This document shows positions 25,495 through 33,610 of a DNA stretch of 64,000 nt, in pieces. Every line of letters begins with the position of its first letter. Position 1 is the stretch's first letter. Made by a program: the position numbers and the translations under genes. The notes below the pieces were generated by a model. The model was not told the DNA's origin, searched no databases, and saw nothing but the letters and a program-made list of their open reading frames with translations. This DNA comes from Omnitrophica bacterium GWA2_41_15 (GTDB lineage Bacteria; Omnitrophota; Gorgyraeia; Gygaellales; UBA12090): assembly GCA_919902675.1 (NCBI GenBank), contig CAKKRH010000020.1, forward strand, positions 5,110 to 69,109, written 5' to 3'.

Positions 25495-28400
25495 AAAACT
25501 CAAAACTCAAAACTCAAAACTCAAAATAAATATAAATGCCAAATATCAAAACTTAAATCAAATATTTTATCATTTGTCATTTGTGCTTTGTTATTATTTT
25601 GTCATCTGCGCTTTGTTATTTGTCATTAATCCTGTAACTGCTTTTGCCCAGGGCGCGATAGGCGATTATCTCTGCGAGATTGCCGAATCCTATTATCTTG
25701 ACGGCCGATATGAGGAAGCCTTGGATGAATTCAATAAGGCCCTGCTTGCCGATCCCGAGAATGTTAAGGCCAGGAAATATGTGGATAAGCTTAACGGAGA
25801 ATCTAAATGCGCGCTCAAGCTGAAAGAGGCCAAAGAAATAAAGATTAAAGAGAGCGCCTTGCCTGCCGGCAGACAAGGCAGGCAGGATTTTAACTTTTCT
25901 TCCCCGGAAGAAAAAGCCTACCCTTTTGAGCTATCCATTCCTTCTTCGGAAGAATCCCCCGCCCTTGGCGGGACAAGAGGGGCAGATTTACCTGTAGCAG
26001 AGGAGCCGGCCGCAATCCTTCCCCTTAAAAAAGAGAGCCTTGGCAAAAAGAAAGCCGCGGCTTTAACCGGTTCTCGTGAAGGCGCGCCAGAAGAATCCGT
26101 CTTAGCCAAAACCGGGCCAAAAAGAATAGAATCTAAAGCAAGTCCCGAACCAAAGGTTATTTCTGAAAGAAAACATACTGTTAAGTCGATTATTCCGGAA
26201 GAAACCAGGCCCAGGAAATTAATTGCCAGGAACGAGGCGGAAAAGAGAAAAATTATTTCCTCGACTTTGAATGATTATATAAAAGAGGAGAGGCTTAAAA
26301 AAGGCGAGGTCAGTCCGGTTGAGCTCTCCGGAGAATACCAGGTTTCCCTGGGCGCTACCTCCGAAGGCTTTGAATGGAAAAGGGCCAACGGAAATCTTAA
26401 TGAAAGGGATTATCATATTTTGTCGGACGCGGCCTTAAATAATCGCGAAAATACCTTTGACCACCGGGTATTCAGCCGTTTCCGGACCAACCTGGATGCT
26501 AAGAGTGATTACGGCCTGAGTTTCCATACCAATATTACGGTTGACCCTTGGAGCTTTACCGGTAAGACCGATAAGTTCACCCTTAGAAGCGCCTCCGGAA
26601 CGGACAGCGCCGAAATTGAGTTGAAATATTGGTCGGCTACCGGACGGATTTTTAACGAGACTTTTTACACCAAAAACTTAGGAGACTCTTTTGCCATTCC
26701 GGAAATCAAGGTCGAGGACGATATGACTTCGGCCCTGGCCCAGAAGACAACCTTTGGTGGGACTTTCAATATCCCTTCAAAGAAAATTCATCGCGAGTTC
26801 CAGCCTGTAAGGGAATTATGGTTTGATTACGCCATGGATGATGCTAAGCTCAGGGTTTTCCCTATGGCTTTAAGCGATCAGGCCCTAACCAGCGATGACC
26901 CTTTAGGGCTTTCTAACCACCATATTTACTGGGAGGAAAGCCCTTGGATTCTAAAATGGGAGCCGGGTCATTTTAACAGCGGTGCCGGAGCCAGCGATTT
27001 TAGCTTAGGAAAATGGAGCGATTCTTTGGCTTTTTCTACCCGCGACAGCGATATGGTCCGGTTGACCGCTTTAAGGGGATTGTCTTTTGACTATCAGCCA
27101 ACGGATGAAACCTCATTTAAGCTGACCGGTGCCTCCCCTAAGGGCCTCTGGCAGGAGTATAATAGTTTTGACAATTTTCCCCTGGCCGCGCGCCTTAAGC
27201 AGGGCGTAGGGGATAAGTTAACGTTGGGCACTACCTATACTTACCGTTTAGGCCTGAATGAAGACGAGAATTACGAGCGGGACGCGGTGAATTATACCTG
27301 GGGACTTGATTCCGGATACAGCCCGGTTACCGGGACCAAGATAGAAAGCCAGGTAGCGGCTTCACTTTCTAAACAGGACATATCTTCCTCTTATTCCAGT
27401 AATAAGCGGGGAATGGCCTATCATTTGGCTTTATTGGGTTCACCCGACATGGACCTTTTAGGCTTGAATTACCATTCTATCAAACCCGAAGAAACGGATT
27501 TTTCTTTCTTTAAAGGAAGGCTGCAATTTACCCATATGGGTGAAGGCTTTGACCCGGCTTTAGCCAGCTATCGGGAAACCCGTAAGGATAGATTTTGGTC
27601 CCGGCATATCCATTTTAGGAAACCCTTTGCCAGGTTTTACAGCGATACCGATTATAATGAGCCCAGTTTAAGCTGGGATGACATAGCCCCTTCTGCTATC
27701 GGCGACGGAATTGATATCGGCAGGAATGTCTTTGGTCTGCGCCTGGAGGCTTCAACTTTAGACCGTAAGCTGGATGAACTTTTTGATATTAGAAATGCGC
27801 ATAAATCTAACGGTAAATACCTGGAAAATGTAGCCCGTTCGGAAACCACCTATAAACCTACTGAGAAGCTAACCACCAAGGTTTTAGCGATTTATCACGA
27901 TATGCATCAAACCCATGCCGGGAAAGACCCTTATTTATCAGATGGAAGCGACAGAATTGTTGATAATAGCATTATCCCGGATGACAAAAACCCTTCAACG
28001 AAGACTTTTTCTTTAGGAGCGAATTATGATTTCTTTGATTGGGTGTCGGCGTATAGTATTTGGGAATATTCTAATGATATTAACGCGGCCTACGAAGCCT
28101 TTCCCCGGGGAATTTTAAACAGCGGAAGCTTTGAGACCTTCAGTGAATACGGAAAGACCTTTCGCAGGTCAACCACCTTTTTGTATAACCAATATTATTT
28201 TCCCCTGCCGCCCTATCCTTTTAATAATGCTTATAAATTCGGGATTACCCTGCGCCCGGCAAAAAAGTGGGAGATATTCTTGGATTTTACCCGCAATGAA
28301 TATGAATATGCCGGGCCAATCACTGATGACATTAACCACGCCGGAATAGAGATAGCCTACGCCTTCAGCGAAAAGCTGAAATTTTTCACCAAGTACGCCT

Positions 28401-28639
28401 TTAGCGAGATGAACGATTTAATAATGATGAATGCCGGCGAGAATGTGCGTTATGAAAATCATCACAATTTCTCTTTTGAAGGGAAATACAGCTTTACCTC
28501 TGATGATGAACTGACTTTTCAGTTTGGCGAGTTCGGGCGTTCGGCGATAAGCGCTTTGACTTTTGATCCCTTCAGCGGCTCGCTGGGAATTTTAGACACC
28601 CAGCATATTTATCGTCTTTATTACCGTCGTAAGTTCTAA
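25487..28639 (+). CDS. Large outer-membrane protein candidate (N-terminal TPR, long beta-rich C-terminal region)
   Basis: Signal peptide ending 'VTAFA/QG'. TPR 'YYLDGRYEEALDEFNKALLADPENVKA'. Aromatic-rich alternating C-terminal region ending in '...YYRRKF' (terminal Phe, typical of OMP beta-barrels). Confidence 0.5.
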   Translation: MSKKLKTQNSKLKININAKYQNLNQIFYHLSFVLCYYFVICALLFVINPVTAFAQGAIGDYLCEIAESYYLDGRYEEALDEFNKALLADPENVKARKYVDKLNGESKCALKLKEAKEIKIKESALPAGRQGRQDFNFSSPEEKAYPFELSIPSSEESPALGGTRGADLPVAEEPAAILPLKKESLGKKKAAALTGSREGAPEESVLAKTGPKRIESKASPEPKVISERKHTVKSIIPEETRPRKLIARNEAEKRKIISSTLNDYIKEERLKKGEVSPVELSGEYQVSLGATSEGFEWKRANGNLNERDYHILSDAALNNRENTFDHRVFSRFRTNLDAKSDYGLSFHTNITVDPWSFTGKTDKFTLRSASGTDSAEIELKYWSATGRIFNETFYTKNLGDSFAIPEIKVEDDMTSALAQKTTFGGTFNIPSKKIHREFQPVRELWFDYAMDDAKLRVFPMALSDQALTSDDPLGLSNHHIYWEESPWILKWEPGHFNSGAGASDFSLGKWSDSLAFSTRDSDMVRLTALRGLSFDYQPTDETSFKLTGASPKGLWQEYNSFDNFPLAARLKQGVGDKLTLGTTYTYRLGLNEDENYERDAVNYTWGLDSGYSPVTGTKIESQVAASLSKQDISSSYSSNKRGMAYHLALLGSPDMDLLGLNYHSIKPEETDFSFFKGRLQFTHMGEGFDPALASYRETRKDRFWSRHIHFRKPFARFYSDTDYNEPSLSWDDIAPSAIGDGIDIGRNVFGLRLEASTLDRKLDELFDIRNAHKSNGKYLENVARSETTYKPTEKLTTKVLAIYHDMHQTHAGKDPYLSDGSDRIVDNSIIPDDKNPSTKTFSLGANYDFFDWVSAYSIWEYSNDINAAYEAFPRGILNSGSFETFSEYGKTFRRSTTFLYNQYYFPLPPYPFNNAYKFGITLRPAKKWEIFLDFTRNEYEYAGPITDDINHAGIEIAYAFSEKLKFFTKYAFSEMNDLIMMNAGENVRYENHHNFSFEGKYSFTSDDELTFQFGEFGRSAISALTFDPFSGSLGILDTQHIYRLYYRRKF
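25494..25528. repeat. Tandem 7-nt word repeat (caaaact x4-5) inside n-region codons
   Basis: 'aaaaactcaaaactcaaaactcaaaactcaaaata'. A T-rich 7-nt word run follows ('tcatttg', 'tgctttg', 25570-25626) and encodes the hydrophobic core. Confidence 0.8.
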
Positions 28640-28646
28640 ATATTGT

Positions 28647-28674
28647 TTGACTTAGGATAAATTTGTTTTATAAT
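28647..28674 (+). promoter_or_regulatory. Sigma70-like promoter upstream of the ROK regulator
   Basis: TTGACT, 16 nt, TATAAT. Followed by the hairpin ggcaggc-ata-gcctgcc at 28719-28735. Confidence 0.5.
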
Positions 28675-28768
28675 TGAATTACGCTGTTACTTTGCGCAGA
28701 GTAGCGTAGATTTTTTCAGGCAGGCATAGCCTGCCGCTCATTAAAGCCACGGAGAAAGGCAACAAAGA

Positions 28769-30010
28769 ATGATTACTCCTTACTTAAGAGGTGAAGAGTG
28801 GACCGAAAGAGAAAAACGCAACTTAGCCATACTTGAGATAGTCCGGCGTTTTGGGCCGATTACCCGTCCGGAGATATCCCGCACCTTAGGTTTAAATATA
28901 GTTACGGTATCTAATTATATCGAAGAGTTCATTAATAAAAATCTGGTCTTTGAGAAAGAATTTGATATTTCCGAGGGCGGCAGGCGGCCTATTCTTTTAG
29001 ACATTAATCCTGAGAGCGGCTTTGTCATCGGTATCGGGGTAAACCTTTTAAACATTGTCGGAGTCTTGGTAGACTTTAAAGGAAAAGTCCTCACCCGCAG
29101 TTCTTTAGAGCGCAAGGATATCGGAGTCAGAGACATAGTCAACTGCATCATTGAGATAATCTCCCAGATAGTAAGTAAGACCAAAAACAATAACACCAAA
29201 ATAAAAGGCGTGGGTATCGGCATAGCCGGGATAATCAATAAAAAAGACGGCTCCCTGCGCTGGCCGGAAAAGGTAGGCAGCGGATACGACTATGCTTCCA
29301 TATATGTGCCCTTAAAGAATATTATTGAGAAGCAATTTGGCTTGCCGGTTATCATTGAAAACGATGCCACTTCCGCCTGTTTCGGGGAGCAGTGGCTGGA
29401 TTTAGAGCCGGGGATAAAACATCTGGTTTATATGTTTTCCGGGGTTGGCTGCGGGATTATGATCAACGGCGAGATATACACCGGCGCCGGCGGTTCGGCG
29501 GGCGAGGTCTCTATTTATAATCCCAAAGAAGAAACGCCTTTTAATTGTTCGGCGGGGAAACCCTGTTTCTTAAAGCGCTGGGATATTGATTTTGGGATGG
29601 CTCAGGAAGCCAGAAGAAGGATTATGGAGCAATCGGATGCCAAGGAAGAAGGCAAGAGGATTTTAGAGCTGGCCAATGGTGAGGTTAGGAATATAAACTT
29701 AAAACATATATTCCAGGCCGGAAAGGAAAGCGATCCCTTGGCGCTTGAATTGTTGGATCAGGCGGCAAAACAGCTGGGAATCAAGATAGCTTATTTAGTT
29801 AATTTTCTTAATCCTGAGGTAGTGATTATCGGCGGTGGGCTGGAAGAGGCCGGGGATGTGTTTTTAAATACCGTTCGCTCAACCGTAAGCGCCTGGGCCT
29901 TTGAAGAGATGGTTTCTAACGTGAGAATAGTATATTCCACATTAGGCGAGAACGCAGTAAGCCTGGGGGCCGCGAGCCTTCTGATGCGTCAGGTGTTTTG
30001 TCAGGCATAA
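28769..30010 (+). CDS. ROK-family transcriptional regulator (NagC/Mlc-like)
   Basis: N-terminal wHTH 'RRFGPITRPEISRTLGLNIVTVSNYIEEF'. ROK core 'GIGIAGIINKKDG', 'ENDATSACFGEQW', 'GVGCGIMINGEIYTGAGGSAGEV'. Confidence 0.8.
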   Translation: MITPYLRGEEWTEREKRNLAILEIVRRFGPITRPEISRTLGLNIVTVSNYIEEFINKNLVFEKEFDISEGGRRPILLDINPESGFVIGIGVNLLNIVGVLVDFKGKVLTRSSLERKDIGVRDIVNCIIEIISQIVSKTKNNNTKIKGVGIGIAGIINKKDGSLRWPEKVGSGYDYASIYVPLKNIIEKQFGLPVIIENDATSACFGEQWLDLEPGIKHLVYMFSGVGCGIMINGEIYTGAGGSAGEVSIYNPKEETPFNCSAGKPCFLKRWDIDFGMAQEARRRIMEQSDAKEEGKRILELANGEVRNINLKHIFQAGKESDPLALELLDQAAKQLGIKIAYLVNFLNPEVVIIGGGLEEAGDVFLNTVRSTVSAWAFEEMVSNVRIVYSTLGENAVSLGAASLLMRQVFCQA

Positions 30011-30032
30011 ATGAAAAAGTGAGGAGGAATAG

Positions 30033-31316
30033 ATGGATAAGAAGATAAAGCTTATTGCCATCATTTTAGGGGCGTTTTGTTTAGCGGCTTTATTTACTGC
30101 TTTCAGTTATGTCAATAAATACAAGGTGGTTGTCCGAGATAATCAGCAATTAGAGAAAGATAAACAGGACTTGCGTCAGGAAAACAACGTTCTGGCTCAA
30201 AAGGCAGCCTCTTCCCAGCAGGAGGCGTCCCGGCTTAAGGAGCGTTATGATGGCCTACAGTCGGAAAATAAGCATTTGACCTCTGAAAGGGATGACCTAA
30301 AGAAGAGATATGATGATATTTCCGAGGAAAAGAATAAACTGATAGATAAGCTTCAAGACACCCTGGCTAAAGGCATTGCTGAGGAGGCATCCGGCGCCCA
30401 AATGCCGGAAGTTATCGGGGATCAATATTGGGCTAATGTTTTAAAGGAAAAGCAGAATTTAGAACTTCAACTAGCGGATTTAAGGGATAAATTGAAAAAC
30501 AGCGAATTGATGATGTCTGAGCTTTCCGGGAATAAGAGCGATTTTGAGCTGGAACTTCAAAAGGTGAGCAAAGAGAAGGATGAAATTCAGCGCCGGCTTG
30601 AGTATAACGAAAAGATGGCTGACAGCTTATCTTTACAGTTGGTCAGGGAAAAAGACGATAAGCGTAAATTAGAAAAGCAGGCCAATCTCCTGAAAGAAGA
30701 GAATTATGCCCTAAGAAACCGGCTGAAAGAAGTTACCGGCACCAAGGTTTCTTTGGAGAAGAAACTCAAGGAGGCCGAAGACAAGCGTTTGGAATTATAT
30801 AATAGATTAAATCAGACGGATCAGCTTATGCAGGAAAAGCTCTCGGAGGTTATGGATGTCAAGCAGGATTTAAAAGATATCAGGAAAGGCTTAGCTCCTA
30901 TTTCCGGTTCAGCGGTTGAGCTTTCTCCTATTGTGGTTCATGGCAGTCAGGATGAGTCTGCTTTTAAGGAGCCTGAAGCCGCGGTCAAAGAACCTGAATT
31001 CCGACAGCTCGAGCCGGCATCGCCGCCTCTTGAAGTGCCCATATCTTCTCAGGAAATAACGGTGGACTCGCGCCAAGGCGCTGAGGATAGCCCCCACTTC
31101 TTAACCGCTAAAATTCGCAGTGTAGACAGTGATAATAATTTTGTGATTTTTGATGCCGGAGTGAATCAGGGAATCCGTAAGGGCCAGGTTCTGAATGTAT
31201 TCCGGAATTCTAAAATGATCGCGGCCTTAGAGGTTATTGAAACCAAGGCTAATGTCAGCGCCGCGGATATCAAGGAAAAGATTTCAGAGCCTCGATCCGG
31301 CGACATAGTAAGATAA
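30033..31316 (+). CDS. Membrane-anchored coiled-coil protein, function unknown
   Basis: N-terminal TM 'LIAIILGAFCLAALFTAF', followed by about 250 aa of heptad-like charged sequence. Confidence 0.5.
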   Translation: MDKKIKLIAIILGAFCLAALFTAFSYVNKYKVVVRDNQQLEKDKQDLRQENNVLAQKAASSQQEASRLKERYDGLQSENKHLTSERDDLKKRYDDISEEKNKLIDKLQDTLAKGIAEEASGAQMPEVIGDQYWANVLKEKQNLELQLADLRDKLKNSELMMSELSGNKSDFELELQKVSKEKDEIQRRLEYNEKMADSLSLQLVREKDDKRKLEKQANLLKEENYALRNRLKEVTGTKVSLEKKLKEAEDKRLELYNRLNQTDQLMQEKLSEVMDVKQDLKDIRKGLAPISGSAVELSPIVVHGSQDESAFKEPEAAVKEPEFRQLEPASPPLEVPISSQEITVDSRQGAEDSPHFLTAKIRSVDSDNNFVIFDAGVNQGIRKGQVLNVFRNSKMIAALEVIETKANVSAADIKEKISEPRSGDIVR

Positions 31317-31357
31317 ATTTCCCTCATAGTTTCACGATAACCACAATCCTTCCCAAG

Positions 31358-32359
31358 ATGAAAGAGAAAAAGACCGGCATCCAGGAAGTCGCGGACTTGG
31401 CCGGGGTATCCATCACTACCGTCTCCCGGGTAATCAATAAAATATCCAGCGTAAGCGAAGCCAATCGTAAAAGGGTGGAGGAGGCTGTGCGCAGGCTTAA
31501 GTTTGTTCCTTCACCTGCCGCCCAGGCCCTGGCCCGGGGAGTTACCCGCAATACCATATCCTTAGTTATCCCCAGATATGAAGGCATATTTTATTCCTTT
31601 TACGCTTTGGAGCTTATCCGGGGAATCGGCACCCTTTGCGACGCCTTAAAACTTGACCTTTTACTGCATTTGACCGACGGAAGAGATGCCTTAGGCTGTA
31701 AGGCAGTCTCTGGAATAATCTTTGCCGATATCATCGGAAACCGCCAGCAGTTAGAATGGGCCTTAAGCGAGAGAATACCCACAGTGGTTATTAATAACTT
31801 TGTTGAAGATCTCAAGGTAAGCTGTATTGCCGTTGATAATCTCAGAGGCTCAAAAGACGCGGTGAATTATCTTATCAGTTTGGGCCATAAGAAAATAGCC
31901 CATATTGCCGGAGATACCATAACTCAGTCCGCGGCCTTGCGCCTGGAAGGATATAAAGAGGCTTTAGTTGAGAATAAAATCAAGGAGAATCCGGAATATA
32001 TCATCAAAACCGATTATTCCCGGGGCGAGGCCCGCCAGGCTGCCGAGAAGTTTCTCTTGTTAAAAGACCCGCCTACCGCTATATTTATCGCCTCGGATTC
32101 AATGGCCTTGGAGGTAATCGCGGTAATTATGGAAAAAGGCAGAAAAGTGCCTGAGGATATCTCTATTGTCGGCTTCGATGACAATCCCTCCAGCCTCTAC
32201 GGCGCGGTTGCCATTACCACCGTGCGACAGCCTTTGATTAAGATGGCTGAAGAAGGGGTCAAGGAGTTAAACAGCTTAATTAACGGCAAAAAAGAACTGA
32301 CTACGCTTAAACTTCCCGCGGAACTGGTAATCAGAGATTCCTGCAAGGCAATCAAATAA
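31358..32359 (+). CDS. LacI-family transcriptional regulator
   Basis: HTH 'IQEVADLAGVSITTVSRVINK' and a periplasmic-binding-like core 'IVGFDDNP'. Confidence 0.85.
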   Translation: MKEKKTGIQEVADLAGVSITTVSRVINKISSVSEANRKRVEEAVRRLKFVPSPAAQALARGVTRNTISLVIPRYEGIFYSFYALELIRGIGTLCDALKLDLLLHLTDGRDALGCKAVSGIIFADIIGNRQQLEWALSERIPTVVINNFVEDLKVSCIAVDNLRGSKDAVNYLISLGHKKIAHIAGDTITQSAALRLEGYKEALVENKIKENPEYIIKTDYSRGEARQAAEKFLLLKDPPTAIFIASDSMALEVIAVIMEKGRKVPEDISIVGFDDNPSSLYGAVAITTVRQPLIKMAEEGVKELNSLINGKKELTTLKLPAELVIRDSCKAIK

Positions 32360-32366
32360 CTAAAAA

Positions 32367-32461
32367 GGCAAAAGTAAAAATTCAAAACTACAACTCAAAA
32401 TTAAAAAAAGTTTTGTCTTTTAACTTGTGATTTTGAGTTTTGCGTTTTTACTTTTGAGTTG
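32367..32461. repeat. Imperfect 95-bp A/T word palindrome (intergenic)
   Basis: Left 'ggcaaaagtaaaaattcaaaactacaactcaaaatt'. The reverse complement of the right arm reads 'caactcaaaagtaaaaacgcaaaactcaaaatcac'. Same word set as 18982-19076. Confidence 0.7.
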
Positions 32462-32462
32462 A

Positions 32463-33473
32463 ATGACTCCCCTTGTTTTAGACAGATTCCTAGCTATGGG
32501 TGTGGGCAGCCTTCCTCACGCCGAATCCGGCCCCGCCTGCCGATTGATTTTTAAACATCTTAAACGAGATGTTCCTTTCTGGCCGCAGTTACCCAAAAGA
32601 AACTTCAAAGAAAATATGTACGTCCAGTTTTCTCAAACGCTTCCCGGAGCGGTTATAGATGAGGCCGGGCAGAGAATATGGATTGATGCCTTAAAAGATG
32701 ATTATTCCCAAAGCGTAGAGGCGCTTTATGAACATTATCTCGCCGATGACCTGGATTATTTCGCCATCGGTAAAGATTACGCCAGGGGGTTTTATGAGTT
32801 CTTAAGCTGTTTAAAGGCTGAGCCCTGTTCTTATATTAAAGGCCATGTTATCGGCCCGATTAGTTTTGGACTGACAGTATCTTTTCAGGATAAAAAGGCG
32901 AGCATTTATAATCTTGAATTCCGCGATTGCTTGGTTAAGGCCTTGGAAATGAAGGCCAGATGGCAGGTCAGGGAAATGAAATCCATAAGCCCTTCTTCGC
33001 GGGTGATCATCTGTATCGACGAACCGTATCTAGTTTCAATCGGCTCAAGTTTTTTTAATATCAAGAGCGAAGAGGTAAGCGTTATGCTTAACGATGTGGT
33101 TAAGGCGATTCATAAGGAAGGCGCCTTCGCGGCTGTCCACTGCTGCGGAAATACCGATTGGGGAATTGTTTTAAAGACCGACATAGATATCCTGAATTTT
33201 GATGCCTACAATTATTTGGAGACCATTTTTATTTACCGCGAAGAGTTAGGGGATTTTTTTAAGCGAAAGGGCCTCCTGGCCTTTGGGATTATTCCCAACA
33301 GCGCCCAGGGCCAACTGCCCGAGCCAAATGTTTTGCTGGATAAAATCGGCCGCCAGGATAATTTTTGCTTAGTGAGCCCTTCCTGCGGATTAAGCGGAGT
33401 TTCAGAAGAGAGGGCTGATGAGGTGCTTAGCCTGGCCGCCGGTTTCAGCAGATTTCTCGACGGGGTTAAATAG
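32463..33473 (+). CDS. Hypothetical protein, possibly MetE-C-terminal/URO-D-like TIM barrel
   Basis: 336-aa ORF with no antisense competitor. 'GVGSLPH' and 'AVHCCGN' weakly resemble cobalamin-independent methionine-synthase-like proteins. The functional call is weak. Confidence 0.4.
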   Translation: MTPLVLDRFLAMGVGSLPHAESGPACRLIFKHLKRDVPFWPQLPKRNFKENMYVQFSQTLPGAVIDEAGQRIWIDALKDDYSQSVEALYEHYLADDLDYFAIGKDYARGFYEFLSCLKAEPCSYIKGHVIGPISFGLTVSFQDKKASIYNLEFRDCLVKALEMKARWQVREMKSISPSSRVIICIDEPYLVSIGSSFFNIKSEEVSVMLNDVVKAIHKEGAFAAVHCCGNTDWGIVLKTDIDILNFDAYNYLETIFIYREELGDFFKRKGLLAFGIIPNSAQGQLPEPNVLLDKIGRQDNFCLVSPSCGLSGVSEERADEVLSLAAGFSRFLDGVK

Positions 33474-33479
33474 GCAGAC

Positions 33480-33527
33480 ATACTATTTATTGTATGCCTA
33501 TATTATTTTCTCCACAATATGTAGTAT
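33480..33527 (+). promoter_or_regulatory. Two candidate NrdR boxes
   Basis: 'atactatttattgtat' (33480-33495) and 'ccacaatatgtagtat' (33512-33527). They match the recalled NrdR consensus acaCwAtATaTwGtgt at about 12/16 and 13/16. Starts are 32 bp apart, just upstream of the nrdJ promoter. Confidence 0.45.
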
Positions 33528-33532
33528 TTTAC

Positions 33533-33560
33533 TTGACAACGGTTTACCCTGTGTTATATT
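33533..33560 (+). promoter_or_regulatory. Sigma70-like promoter of nrdJ
   Basis: TTGACA, 16 nt, TATATT, with TGt just upstream (extended -10). About 50 nt before the ATG. Confidence 0.5.
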
Positions 33561-33610
33561 ATAAAAATCCCCCAATTTTCAAATAACCATTTCTAAAAGA
33601 GAGGTGTCGG

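Noticed and set aside
23865-25528. Tandem short repeats considered as a CRISPR array or a phase-variable SSR tract
   Set aside because: The units are 7 nt with no spacers, so this is not CRISPR. The 7-nt unit repeated in multiples that keep the frame, plus the signal-peptide reading, makes a coding or structural role more likely. Phase variation is not excluded but there is no evidence for it.
28719-28735. Hairpin ggcaggc-ata-gcctgcc in the ROK-gene leader as an operator or attenuator
   Set aside because: It is a single 7-bp stem with no T-run and no second half-site. There is insufficient evidence for a specific function.
33561-33610. Cobalamin riboswitch upstream of B12-dependent nrdJ
   Set aside because: The leader from the predicted promoter to the ATG is only about 50 nt. 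That is far too short for a cobalamin riboswitch, and no B12-box-like sequence was seen.
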